From IMG/VR virus record IMGVR_UViG_3300044557_000292, positions 259,388 through 323,387 of that record: a stretch of DNA of 64,000 bases; one strand, written 5' to 3'. Source of the stretch: a virus (taxonomy: Duplodnaviria; Heunggongvirae; Uroviricota; Caudoviricetes). Of the stretch, positions 9,030-19,355 are shown one piece after another (within the stretch, counting starts at the first letter, position 1; each line of letters opens with the position of its first letter). A program made the position numbers and the translations under genes. Under the pieces are notes generated by a model. That model searched no databases. It was not told the origin of the DNA and saw only the letters and a list, made by a program, of their open reading frames with translations.

Positions 9030-10511
9030 TTAGTGTAGTTCCCTGGCCGCGACGCGATCACCATTGAGCGCTCTCTGATCGCTCATTTCCCTGAGGTGAA
9101 CCCTATGCGTTGGCTTGAGGTACTTGTATGCTGACATGTGATGCTTCTTAGAGAATTCCTTAAGCGCGTCAACCTTGATAGATCTTGATGTCTTACGCAT
9201 GGCCTTGGGATCTAGGTGGTTGTCCTTGACGAATGCGTCAACATTCTTCTCATGGAGTACAGCCCTATGGATGGCCTTGTACTTGAGGCCATTAGAGCCC
9301 TCTGGATGATCACCCTCCTTAGAGAGCTGCCTGAACAGGACGTTCTTGTCGCCCTGCGCGGCCTCACCAGTCTTCCTCATGTATTCCTCACGACGCTCGA
9401 TGTCATTCCTGATATGCTGGTGCTCGACGCCAAGCTCGCATAGGGCTGCCCGCTTTGCGCTACCGCTCATAGACGCTATCCTATCATCTGAGAACCTGCT
9501 TGAGATGACCGAATCAGCATACTGGGAGGAAACACTATTAAGCTTGTCCTTATCTGGAGAGAACGTGACCTCATCATCGGCAAGACCAGACGCGGCCCAT
9601 GCTGCTGCCCTGGCCGCGGGCGCGCCTTTCATTCCCTTGGGAATGTTCAGGGTAGCGTTGAATGCATTCCTTACCGCGGGAATAGAATACCCGTTGTCCT
9701 TTACCTCATAGAGATCATTCAGCTCGTCATCTGAAGCTTTTACTGACTTGAGATCATCCTCTAACGCATCTTTGTCTACAGATGCTACAGACTGTATCTG
9801 GAATCCACCATCAGCAGTGCTGTTGATGTAAAGTACGTTTGAGTATGATTCGCTGGCAACGGCCTTCTTGAGCCTGCCAATGTCATCCTCGATAGCATTC
9901 GCAGAAGCATACTGCTTGGCGAGGTCAACGTCACTCAACGTCCCCTTTACCTTCTCCTGCTTCTCCTCATACTCATCGCGTAGATCTTGGGTCATCTTCT
10001 TGGTAGATTTGGACTGCCTTACAGTCTTTACTGGGAGATTGTAAGATGACGTTGCAGTCTTGAACTCGACGAACCTTTTACCTGCAAAAGCGTTCTTTTC
10101 AATCTGTTGAAGAACTGGATCTTTATCAGACCAGTCAGCATACTCGGCGTCATATTTTAATGCTTCATTCAAGGACATGGACTTCCTTGCATATGCTGCA
10201 TGGTAAGCTTGATCTTCAGATGCATACACTCCAGTATGCTTATCCGGCTTACCAGCCTCATATGACAGCATGGGCTTCCCGTTCTTATCAAGAACGTATC
10301 TATTACCGCTATTCTTCTTGCTGAGGGAAAGACTCGGGGTATTAGATGAGTCCGCCTCAACCGGGGCCAGATGCTCGCCGTTCGGCCCCCTCCAGTACCC
10401 GGTGACGTGGACGCCCGCGCGATCGTAGTCTTCCACCCAGGTAGCGCCCTGTACCGGTGGCTCACCATGCCCTATAGATGAGGAAACCATTTCCGCTTCT
10501 GCTGTCATCAT
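9030..10511 (-). CDS. hypothetical protein
   Basis: 493 aa, RBS AGGAGG; no family recognised. Confidence 0.8.
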   Translation of the reverse strand: MMTAEAEMVSSSIGHGEPPVQGATWVEDYDRAGVHVTGYWRGPNGEHLAPVEADSSNTPSLSLSKKNSGNRYVLDKNGKPMLSYEAGKPDKHTGVYASEDQAYHAAYARKSMSLNEALKYDAEYADWSDKDPVLQQIEKNAFAGKRFVEFKTATSSYNLPVKTVRQSKSTKKMTQDLRDEYEEKQEKVKGTLSDVDLAKQYASANAIEDDIGRLKKAVASESYSNVLYINSTADGGFQIQSVASVDKDALEDDLKSVKASDDELNDLYEVKDNGYSIPAVRNAFNATLNIPKGMKGAPAARAAAWAASGLADDEVTFSPDKDKLNSVSSQYADSVISSRFSDDRIASMSGSAKRAALCELGVEHQHIRNDIERREEYMRKTGEAAQGDKNVLFRQLSKEGDHPEGSNGLKYKAIHRAVLHEKNVDAFVKDNHLDPKAMRKTSRSIKVDALKEFSKKHHMSAYKYLKPTHRVHLREMSDQRALNGDRVAARELH

Positions 10512-10607
10512 ATTCCTCCTTGTTAACCACGAAACAACTTGTCATTAATCTATCAAACTGGATAGGAGATCTTATGAACTCGTGGTCTTATCGATCAATC
10601 ACGATTC

Positions 10608-11510
10608 TTATCCGATCAGGCTGGTGAACTGCTCCACGAACGCTCCAGACGTGTCGAAAGTGATCTGCCTCCCGTCCACAAGAATAACCGGCGTGGAGAA
10701 TGATGTAGCGTCCTTCTTCCACAAGCTCTTATCATTGATCACGTACGTGGTCACGTTCTTCACGTAGGTAGCGTACTTCTTGTCAGTAATGTGAGCCGCG
10801 TCACTAGAATCAACACCAACCTTGACTGCAGCCCTCCGTAGATCTTCATCCGTGACTGGCTTATAATCGGAGCCCTCTCCAGGTTGGAATCCATTTGAGA
10901 ACAGGTACGTCAAGTAATCATAGATCTTGTCCGGGGCATAATCAAGGAGTCTGTACACGGAGTTAGCCGCTCTCGTAGAGTACTCATCCGTGCTCACGTT
11001 ATCAAGGAATGCGATCGGGTGAATGCGGAGAACGATCTTATCGTTATTAAGGTATCCCTGATAATACTGGTTAAGACTACGATCAACAGCACCGCATCCA
11101 GGGCAATTAAGGTCAACGTACGTGTCTACCCGCTTGAGCTTCTTCTCGGACGCCGTCAGTGATGAGTCGGGATTCTTGATTATCCCCCGCTTCGTGATGA
11201 CGATAGCTCCATCCTTCGACACGTACTCGGACGGCTTCACCGCATTAGACGCATTCATGGCCGTGTACGCGCTATCCTTAGACGTCGCCACGGTCTCAGA
11301 GTTCTGCTTGCTGGCAATGACCCTCCACGTGATAATGCCGGCGATTAACGCGACTATGATGATTACGACGATCACGCCTATGATGGTCTGCTTCCTGGCG
11401 TCTTCAGGGCTTATAGACGTGAAATCGTTAACCCTTATGCTTTCACCCGTAGCATCACGTCTACTCTTAGATCCAGAGCCCTTAGCTTTACCAGTGTTAT
11501 TCCTGCTCAT
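10608..11510 (-). CDS. membrane-anchored DsbA/MdbA-like thiol-disulfide oxidoreductase
   Basis: TM anchor, YVDLNCPGC (CxxC), STP cis-Pro loop. Confidence 0.85.
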   Translation of the reverse strand: MSRNNTGKAKGSGSKSRRDATGESIRVNDFTSISPEDARKQTIIGVIVVIIIVALIAGIITWRVIASKQNSETVATSKDSAYTAMNASNAVKPSEYVSKDGAIVITKRGIIKNPDSSLTASEKKLKRVDTYVDLNCPGCGAVDRSLNQYYQGYLNNDKIVLRIHPIAFLDNVSTDEYSTRAANSVYRLLDYAPDKIYDYLTYLFSNGFQPGEGSDYKPVTDEDLRRAAVKVGVDSSDAAHITDKKYATYVKNVTTYVINDKSLWKKDATSFSTPVILVDGRQITFDTSGAFVEQFTSLIG

Positions 11511-11564
11511 TTATCCCATCCTTCAAATCTATGCTTCATCTCGTGGTGAAGATATTGATCTTCC

Positions 11565-12791
11565 TCAGTACTCATCCACGTCCACATTCTCATGGACTTC
11601 ATCGTCTGGCTCTGGAGCAGAGTCTAGCTCATCTAGCTCTTCAACCTCATCATCAACGATTGGCTTAGCATTCGGATCTGGTAGAAGGCTCCTCGGAACG
11701 ACAGCCTTAGAACCCTCGGCAAAGCCTGGTATGGTTTTTCTCTGTTCCATAATGTACTCGCGCATGAGAGCATCATCAATGTTCTGCCAGTGGGCTTCCT
11801 TATCCTTATGAGTGGTCACGCCCTCCAGGTACGGTATGAATGTCCCATAAGGGTTCATAGATTCGGGCATAAGGTCATCAATACGCTCATAACCAGGCTT
11901 CCTTGCAAGACGCTGCCTGAACTTCGAGTAGTCAACGAGGTGATGGATTCTCCCGAATTTGAGGATCGCGAACGTGGTTTCAGGATATGACTTCACGAGA
12001 TACTTGACCTTACGCAGAGTCCCCTCCTGATGGAACGCTTCGGTCATTCCTCCCTTCTGTGATTGCGTGTCGGGGGTCTGATAGGCGAGTATCTTACTAG
12101 ACACGTTGACGAACCCCCTCTTCTCGTAGTCTAGGGAGATCGTCACGTCATCATTGAATCTCGATCTCCACGGAATCTTTGGTCCATCTGTACGGAATCG
12201 TATGCAAGTGTACGTCTTGCAGTTGACGGAGAACTGCGAGTTCTTCCTATGATTCTGCACGAGACCCTGCTTGTCGATCTCAGCGAGACCAATGTTGTCA
12301 AACTTGTCGAGGAATCGTTGGTACAAGCAGAAGATGTCATTGAGGCTCAGTCTCTTCTCCCTAACGCCCCCGTTCGCGATGTCCTTCGTCCAAATGTTCT
12401 TCTGGAAGAAGAATGCGTCCACGGTGAAGCTCTGAATGTCATCATCCATCATCCAGTAGTGCTTGAGACCCATATCGATGGCCAGTTGGTGGAGAGCGTT
12501 CCTGGCTGGCCCTGGACCAGTGGTGAGCCCCGGCTGCCATCCAAGATCATCACAATAGTCGAATCCATCGGGGTGATTAGCATCCCTAGGACTCTTGAAC
12601 CTCTCAAGATCAAATGCGTACACGTGAGACTCCGGCTCGTACACGCCATCATCGCGGAGTCTCCTCACGTAAGACCAGTAGTCATCAGGCTCAACAATAT
12701 AGACCCAGTTGTGGATGTCAAATGCTTCCAGGTTACGATGGGTGTTGCAGTTAGACCCCCTGCCCTTACTCGGTATGAAGGTCGTATCCAT
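11565..12791 (-). CDS. TAGT/GREB1-type GT-A glycosyltransferase (putative DNA base glycosylation)
   Basis: FIPSKGR, VYIVEPDD...Y, YWMMDDDI, RFNDDV, QSQKGGMT. Confidence 0.7.
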   Translation of the reverse strand: MDTTFIPSKGRGSNCNTHRNLEAFDIHNWVYIVEPDDYWSYVRRLRDDGVYEPESHVYAFDLERFKSPRDANHPDGFDYCDDLGWQPGLTTGPGPARNALHQLAIDMGLKHYWMMDDDIQSFTVDAFFFQKNIWTKDIANGGVREKRLSLNDIFCLYQRFLDKFDNIGLAEIDKQGLVQNHRKNSQFSVNCKTYTCIRFRTDGPKIPWRSRFNDDVTISLDYEKRGFVNVSSKILAYQTPDTQSQKGGMTEAFHQEGTLRKVKYLVKSYPETTFAILKFGRIHHLVDYSKFRQRLARKPGYERIDDLMPESMNPYGTFIPYLEGVTTHKDKEAHWQNIDDALMREYIMEQRKTIPGFAEGSKAVVPRSLLPDPNAKPIVDDEVEELDELDSAPEPDDEVHENVDVDEY

Positions 12792-14641
12792 TAATCCTCA
12801 TCTCCCTTGGCATTATTCTTGGAGCCATCGATCTTAGCATCAGGATCAGAGCTAACGTCACCATCATGCTTCGGCCCGCCCATAGTCCACATGTTGATTG
12901 GACCAACACGATACTTGGTTCTTATCTTGACGAGCATGTTATTGAACTCATCGGGGCTCGCACGATCATAGATCTTTCCAGACTCCGCATCGTAATCTTT
13001 ACGCATGGCAGCAATCGCCTCTAGTCTTCTACGATTCGCATCGTCGTTAACTATCTTAAGCGCATCTTCATCACTTAGTTCATCGTCATCACTTAATATA
13101 CTGTAGTCGGGAGTGATCTCAGGCAGATCATTTAACTTACCATCGCATACTGCGTCAAGCCACCTGATCTCAATCCACTCACCTTTAGCGCACTCCTTAT
13201 CAGTGGTCTGACGGGTGGTCTTAACATCCATTGGCGTTTTCTTCTCAAGCTTGATCGGGTGAAGCTTGCGATCAACCTCGAGGACGTCTTTAAAGCACTC
13301 GTTAGAATAGAATTTTAGCTTCTCAGGCCACTTCACCCAATCCTCAACGACCTCACGAGTAATGCCGCTATCACTACTAATATTCTTCATGATCAACGAC
13401 ACGGTTAGATTGAACTTCTTAACAGCGTCCTTAGACGATAGATCTAGAGCTTTTTCCGGGGGCGCGATCTCGTCCTTGCTTACCACGAATCCTGAATCTT
13501 TACGATATTGCTCTAATTCCCTCATAGATTCGATGATAGCCTCTTGATCCATGACTCTATATCTTGTCCTCAAGGTGTGGTCGATCCAGTAACCGTAACT
13601 CTTCAACGGGTCAAAATTCCTCCTGGAGGATCTAAGAATGGCGTTCTCAACGGTAACCGCCTCCATGAATGTATCAATGCCGGCTTTCTTGGCGGCCGCA
13701 CGAGCCTTATCATTGTTCACGGGGACACCAACAATCTTCGCGATGCTCTTCTTCGGCACGCCTATCGAGTGGAGGAATACGATCCTAGCGACCTTGATTC
13801 CATTCTCCATGTTATTGTCATCCCACTTGCTGACCTGATCTAGCTTCTCCTTAAGATTCCCAGAAGTATCAACGCCCTCCTCGACGGCCTTCCGACGATA
13901 CTGGTCAATCTGATTCCTAAGGGTCTCGATGTACAGTATCTGCTCATCGTTATACTGGTACCTGCGTCCAAGACTCTTGATCCTCATCTTGGCCAGTACT
14001 AGTAGATCAACAGCGCTTGCGCTGAGTTGCCTCGGTATCACGTCAATGAACAAGCCGAGCTTCTTGGCCAGATTTCTGTACTCTCCAACCTCGTCTGGAA
14101 CCACGATGAACGTCCCATCATCTCCCTGAACGATTCTGCTCTTCACTCCGCCGTCAACGGACCGGAGCACGTCGTCAACATTTGGAGCTAGCCATGTGGA
14201 CCAGTCATTCATCTTGTTCACGATGAGATTGTAGAATCTGGTCTCATTCCTAGGATGCTTCCAATTCTTGATGATGATTACTGGAATTGTAGCCTGCTGC
14301 AACGCTCCTGCTGCCAACAGTCTGTGGATACCGTGAATCACAGTTCCATCTGGAGCAGCGATGATCGGCTCAAGGAATCCGAACTTCCTCATGCTCTCGT
14401 CAAGAGCTTCATTAGCCTCACTGTCATACTTCCTGAGACCCTTCTCAGAATCATAGCCCTCACCATTGGAATCATACGGAATGATCAACTGGTCAATTGG
14501 GTATTCTGGCTTGAAATCGTACTCGACCTTGGGCAACGCTACTCCAGAGAACAACATGGTTGAACTGGACGGCCCACTACTTCTCTTCTTCGACAAATCA
14601 TACTCCTTACCGGGGCGACAGATCAGACGTTCAGGATGCAT
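12791..14641 (-). CDS. ParB/Srx N-terminal domain protein
   Basis: LDESMRKFGFLEPII...VIHGIHRLLAA; stop overlaps next start (TAATG). Confidence 0.75.
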   Translation of the reverse strand: MHPERLICRPGKEYDLSKKRSSGPSSSTMLFSGVALPKVEYDFKPEYPIDQLIIPYDSNGEGYDSEKGLRKYDSEANEALDESMRKFGFLEPIIAAPDGTVIHGIHRLLAAGALQQATIPVIIIKNWKHPRNETRFYNLIVNKMNDWSTWLAPNVDDVLRSVDGGVKSRIVQGDDGTFIVVPDEVGEYRNLAKKLGLFIDVIPRQLSASAVDLLVLAKMRIKSLGRRYQYNDEQILYIETLRNQIDQYRRKAVEEGVDTSGNLKEKLDQVSKWDDNNMENGIKVARIVFLHSIGVPKKSIAKIVGVPVNNDKARAAAKKAGIDTFMEAVTVENAILRSSRRNFDPLKSYGYWIDHTLRTRYRVMDQEAIIESMRELEQYRKDSGFVVSKDEIAPPEKALDLSSKDAVKKFNLTVSLIMKNISSDSGITREVVEDWVKWPEKLKFYSNECFKDVLEVDRKLHPIKLEKKTPMDVKTTRQTTDKECAKGEWIEIRWLDAVCDGKLNDLPEITPDYSILSDDDELSDEDALKIVNDDANRRRLEAIAAMRKDYDAESGKIYDRASPDEFNNMLVKIRTKYRVGPINMWTMGGPKHDGDVSSDPDAKIDGSKNNAKGDED

Positions 14642-14842
14642 ATCATCGATGAGAATGCAATTCTATCGTAATACGATCCATATATCTCAACCGGTCACCT
14701 ATATTATGACAAGGAATCATGGTACCAATATGATCGTTGAAAGAGGAGAGAATTTGATGAGTCTTCACGGACAGATTCTTCTCAAAACCTGTGATAGAAT
14801 TTGAGCGGGTGTTTTCACTTACGAGACATCTACCCATATACT

Positions 14843-15175
14843 CTACTTCTCGTCTTTGGTCTTATCGTGGTTCAGGTTAAGAATCTTTCCTGTTATCCAG
14901 ACTATGATGACAATGAGAACGACGAGGAACACAGTGTCAAATAGGATCGTAAGGGCAAATGTTAAGAACTGCAGGAGGATCTTGAATGTGTTCCAGAATG
15001 CTATTCCAACGAGGAAGAACATGATGAGACCCCAACCATACCTTGCCGGCCTCTTCCCCTCATCGGCCATAAGGAATAACGGTGTGACGACGGCCATGAG
15101 GAATAACGCTGCGATGACTATAAGAATCTCTCCAAACATGAGAACATACCTCCAGTATAGAAACCAATCCTTCAA
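14843..15175 (-). CDS. membrane protein
   Basis: 110 aa, 3 TM segments. Confidence 0.65.
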   Translation of the reverse strand: MKDWFLYWRYVLMFGEILIVIAALFLMAVVTPLFLMADEGKRPARYGWGLIMFFLVGIAFWNTFKILLQFLTFALTILFDTVFLVVLIVIIVWITGKILNLNHDKTKDEK

Positions 15176-15262
15176 ATCCTATAATTAAGATATCAATGGA
15201 ATCATAGGGGTGATGGCTAAGACGTCTTTTAGAGGCCTGTAGAGATCAATATGGGTTAATGG

Positions 15263-16219
15263 CTACTTATGAGAATCGTGATGGCGTTTACGATTCCTCC
15301 AGGCGGGAGCGTCATCATCAATCGTCTGGCTATCATGAGCTCTTCTTGCGCGCCACTCGGCTATGATCTGCTCATACCTCGTATCATACTCCCTATGCAG
15401 GGGAACAAGCTCTCCAGGATTCTCCAAGCTGATCGTTGTGATATCGTCATCATCGCAGATAAGAGCAGTCCAGTCACCGATCATACTACCATCTGGTAGT
15501 GTGCTCATGGTGTCCACAAAGACAATAGGCCACCTGCTCGTCCCCTCATCCTTATGGCGCATCCACTCTTCCACGGTTGGTACTGGCGTGTGACCAACGA
15601 TCTGACTAATCCCAGGAAGTGGATCGTCCAGTAATTCCTTCTTATCCGCCCATAACGGGCTTGGGGTAGATCTCCCGCCCCGCCCCACTCCGATCGTGTA
15701 GAGCTGATCCCAGTCAGACACCTCCAGCATCCTGTTAACATCATGACTGATCTTCTCAGGATCACGTTTCGTTCCATCAAGATGCAATTGGAACCACGTG
15801 CTAGTGACCCCAGCGTGACTCAAGAGCCAATCCTCATGATTCGAGTGAATGACAGTCGACGCTTGTATTGGTCTTGGTAGCCTCGTAAGAAGCTCGTGGA
15901 CGTCTCCCCTGAACTCGTAGTGATGACCGGGGGATTGATTCCAAACCTCGTCGGCACCATAACTATGATCGGATGCGTCTAGGAGATAGTAAGCATCATG
16001 ATTTCCAGCAAGAACGTCAACACGGATCGTCTGACTCGATATCCAATCGTGAAGATGCTTGATCTCCCTGAGCTCATCTACAGCACTGATGGACCAGTCG
16101 TTAAGGAGGTCGCCCATGAGCACGATCCTATTGACATCATATCTCCCCACGATCTTGTCTATAAGGGGAGTGATGGTCGTCCACTTATCATGGCCATCGC
16201 CAATAATCAACGTTCTCAT
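15263..16219 (-). CDS. calcineurin-like metallophosphoesterase
   Basis: GDGH, GDLLND, GNHD, SHAG, GHTP. Confidence 0.9.
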   Translation of the reverse strand: MRTLIIGDGHDKWTTITPLIDKIVGRYDVNRIVLMGDLLNDWSISAVDELREIKHLHDWISSQTIRVDVLAGNHDAYYLLDASDHSYGADEVWNQSPGHHYEFRGDVHELLTRLPRPIQASTVIHSNHEDWLLSHAGVTSTWFQLHLDGTKRDPEKISHDVNRMLEVSDWDQLYTIGVGRGGRSTPSPLWADKKELLDDPLPGISQIVGHTPVPTVEEWMRHKDEGTSRWPIVFVDTMSTLPDGSMIGDWTALICDDDDITTISLENPGELVPLHREYDTRYEQIIAEWRARRAHDSQTIDDDAPAWRNRKRHHDSHK

Positions 16220-16331
16220 AGTCTTTTCTCCCGTTGTCGTTATGATAAAGATATCATAGATTTAAGTTAAAGACAAACCGATGGCCCATGGATGGTGATG
16301 AAGATGACCCGTTCACGCATATCTACACGTC

Positions 16332-16913
16332 ATGTGGATATTTGGAAGCAGTAAGAAGAATCTTGCTCAAGATCATGGGCAGGCCAGTAATGATGATCAT
16401 GAATATGAACTTGATGCAAACGGAGTAATCGATCCCGACCATCATGATAGTCGTAGCGGCGGCGATGCAGAATCGATCAGGCCAGGCGCTAATGATGATT
16501 CTGATCTTACCAATATTATTGACGATGATTCCAATGACATCCCTCTGGAAGACTCAACGATTGATCCAATCGAACCATCGTCTCTCATATTAGACTTGAA
16601 TCGGTATGACGACTCTCCCGTACAAGACCTTACTCCAGGGGAGAGCGCGATGCTACTCTATACTGTTCTCCATGATTATGATCAATCCGTCAGCATACAT
16701 GATCAGATATCGTTGAAGCATGGCTTCGTGGACTCATGGATCACGTCTAGTAGATTCCTACTCGACGTTGAGAATAACGGTGAGATAGCGTCAGTATGGC
16801 TCAAGAAGACTGATGGCGAGCCGCTAGCATTCACGTACGATCCAGAATCAATACGATCTGAGAGGGCTCATGGCAGACTAGCTCTGAATGTCATCAAGCT
16901 GACATTAAAATAA
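16332..16913 (+). CDS. hypothetical protein
   Basis: 193 aa, acidic N-terminus. Confidence 0.7.
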   Translation: MWIFGSSKKNLAQDHGQASNDDHEYELDANGVIDPDHHDSRSGGDAESIRPGANDDSDLTNIIDDDSNDIPLEDSTIDPIEPSSLILDLNRYDDSPVQDLTPGESAMLLYTVLHDYDQSVSIHDQISLKHGFVDSWITSSRFLLDVENNGEIASVWLKKTDGEPLAFTYDPESIRSERAHGRLALNVIKLTLK

Positions 16914-17081
16914 ATAACCGTTTAGACGTGTTCTAACGCGCCATAGACGCTCTCATTTCGCATGAGTAAAAAAACACGTACCAGTAATGGTCTCTCGTTA
17001 GAACGCAATCTAATGCGTCTGGGTAACACTGGGGGACTATCATTAGAATAAACCCCGTTCTTGTTGGTTAATGACCACGAA

Positions 17082-17855
17082 TTAGAAAGTGCAGGCTATC
17101 AGAGCGGAATGATCTGATAGATCATCACGATCTATAGTCTTAAGACTCCTGAACCCGCCAATCTTTCCATACATCCATCCCTTGACGAGTATGTGGTCAA
17201 TGACCCTATGGGGGAGATTTTCAGGCGATACGATCTTGTTCTTTAACGCGACCTGCGCGCCCAATCCGGTGGTTAACGTCGTACTGAGCGGAGGATTCCT
17301 CATGGTCCTTGTGAACTCAGTCCAGAACACTGGCTCTTCCTCTAACCCGTGAATGATCCTCATGGTCTTCTCATTGTCCTCAGCATTGAAGTCACCAGCC
17401 CAGTACACGAGATCACCAGGCTCGACTATAGATGAGGAGTCCTCATTACGATCGGTTGTAGTCATGATGCTCCGTGTTTCCCTTAGCCTCGATCGAGTCC
17501 TATCAGCTCCCCATGCTCCGTGGTAAGAGTATACGACCAGGTTAGTGTTCATGACGCGATCATGAAGCCGTGCAGAGACAACGTCGATATTCTTGATGGT
17601 CCTGAACGCGATTGAATCATACGCATCGCTCTTCCACGCCACGTAGCTCTTATCAGATCGACTGCACTGTGACGACCCGCTAATCGTGTACCCGAACTTC
17701 CTCAACTCGACCTTTAGCGTGTTCCTTCCACCGTCAGGCACTTCTTGAAGACAAATGACATTCGGGCGCTCCTTAAGGATCACTTCAATGATACCAGGTA
17801 TCCTATCCCACCATGATTCCGCGTCGTTAAGAACATTCCAGGTCATTATCTTCAT
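17082..17855 (-). CDS. endonuclease/exonuclease/phosphatase (EEP) family protein
   Basis: TWNV, CLQEV, GDFNA, IDHI, SDH; ATG 6 nt after -10 (leaderless). Confidence 0.9.
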   Translation of the reverse strand: MKIMTWNVLNDAESWWDRIPGIIEVILKERPNVICLQEVPDGGRNTLKVELRKFGYTISGSSQCSRSDKSYVAWKSDAYDSIAFRTIKNIDVVSARLHDRVMNTNLVVYSYHGAWGADRTRSRLRETRSIMTTTDRNEDSSSIVEPGDLVYWAGDFNAEDNEKTMRIIHGLEEEPVFWTEFTRTMRNPPLSTTLTTGLGAQVALKNKIVSPENLPHRVIDHILVKGWMYGKIGGFRSLKTIDRDDLSDHSALIACTF

Positions 17856-17917
17856 ATGATGAAGATATCACGATGATTAATGGAAAATCATGATATTGAT
17901 TGAGCTTTAATAAAATA

Positions 17918-17957
17918 AGATGGGTGAGCATTCCTCTCATGGAATGCTCACCCATCT
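17918..17957. terminator. terminator-like hairpin after telA
   Basis: Perfect 17-bp inverted repeat AGATGGGTGAGCATTCC. Confidence 0.7.
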
Positions 17958-17995
17958 AAACGCTATGATTGATTAGTGAATGATCTTGGTCTTTA

Positions 17996-19186
17996 CTATC
18001 TCAGATTCTCACTGAGGGCGGTTTTGAGATCCGTCTCGATCGTGCGCATCTGCTGTTCGGCCTCAGCTCTCTTCTGTCGACCTTCCTCCTGGATCTGCTG
18101 GGTTTCCTTTAGGGTTGCGATCAGCTCCGTATTCACTTTCTGTAGGGTCTCAATGTCAACGACGGATCGTTGGTTCGCCTTCTCAGCATTCACCGCTCCA
18201 GTGTGAAGCATCTGAGCGTTCTCGGAGAGGAGACGATTCGTGGTCTCGTCAACAGCATTCTGGAGTTCTATGGCCTGCTTCTGACGTTCAAGACCAAGGG
18301 CGATCACCATCTGCGACTTCCATAGTGGAATTGTAGTCGTGATGGTCGTGTTCACCTTGTCAGCAACCTTACGGTCAGCATTCTGGAGGATCTTTATTTG
18401 AGGAGCGTTCTGCAGGGTGATCACGCTGATACGATCAAGATCATCGAGCCGCTTAGCGAACCGATCGAGCTTGTCCTTGAAGTCTTTCAGTACCTGCGCT
18501 TGCATTGGATCATTTGATCCCTGAACCTTAGCCTCTAGCTGCGGGAGCTGATTCTTCTCGAAGTCTGACAGGGTCTCCCTGCCGGCCGCGACATAGATCT
18601 TGAGGGCCTTGTACTGGGCGTAATTGCGATCATACATGGAATCGTACATAGCAATGTCAGCCTGCATCTGTGCTTGTGACTTGAGGAGTCTGTCCACAAT
18701 GTCATCGATCTGAGGAGTGACCTTCTGATAACGTCTACGAATCTCCTCGCCCTTCATGGTGATCTTACCGATGATGGGTATCTTCTTCACTCCCGTGAGA
18801 TTGGCCTCATCGATCGTTGACGCAAGATGCTGCATGAGGGCGCCAGCCTCGCCAGCATCCTTTGACCTCGTGTTATCAAGGATAGAGTCAGCGAACTCTC
18901 CCATTGTTCTCTGCGCGTCAGCGCCGTACGTGGACTCAATGTCCTTCTTCGTGAGGTCAATGCTCTTCGACAGGTCCTCTATCTTCTTCTTGTCCTCGGG
19001 TGTGAACGTGACTTCTGACGTGGTTAATTCGACCGGTCTGGTAGAAGGCTGTTCTTGGACCTGTGACGCTGCTCCTGCTGCTATCGACTCGATCGTGACT
19101 GCTGGAGAATCACTAGACCCAGCCTGATCTGATGCTTGAGATGCGGTTGATCCACCGCTTATAGTAATATTGCTTCCATCTGACAT
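17996..19186 (-). CDS. telA: toxic anion resistance protein TelA/KlaA
   Basis: TYGADAQ, YQKVTPQID, QNAPQIKILQ, TTIPLWKSQM, VVDIETLQK. Confidence 0.9.
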   Translation of the reverse strand: MSDGSNITISGGSTASQASDQAGSSDSPAVTIESIAAGAASQVQEQPSTRPVELTTSEVTFTPEDKKKIEDLSKSIDLTKKDIESTYGADAQRTMGEFADSILDNTRSKDAGEAGALMQHLASTIDEANLTGVKKIPIIGKITMKGEEIRRRYQKVTPQIDDIVDRLLKSQAQMQADIAMYDSMYDRNYAQYKALKIYVAAGRETLSDFEKNQLPQLEAKVQGSNDPMQAQVLKDFKDKLDRFAKRLDDLDRISVITLQNAPQIKILQNADRKVADKVNTTITTTIPLWKSQMVIALGLERQKQAIELQNAVDETTNRLLSENAQMLHTGAVNAEKANQRSVVDIETLQKVNTELIATLKETQQIQEEGRQKRAEAEQQMRTIETDLKTALSENLR

Positions 19187-19355
19187 GATGCTTCCTTATC
19201 TTGGATTGTTCTGCCTTGCTGTTGTTGACCCTATGGACATTGAAGACGTGAAGAATCTCAATGACGTGTTATGGAACCGATTCGCATGGTACCACAACGT
19301 GAAGATATTAACCAACGTCATTATTGGAGATTGGTCATCACCTGGGCGCTAGTCA

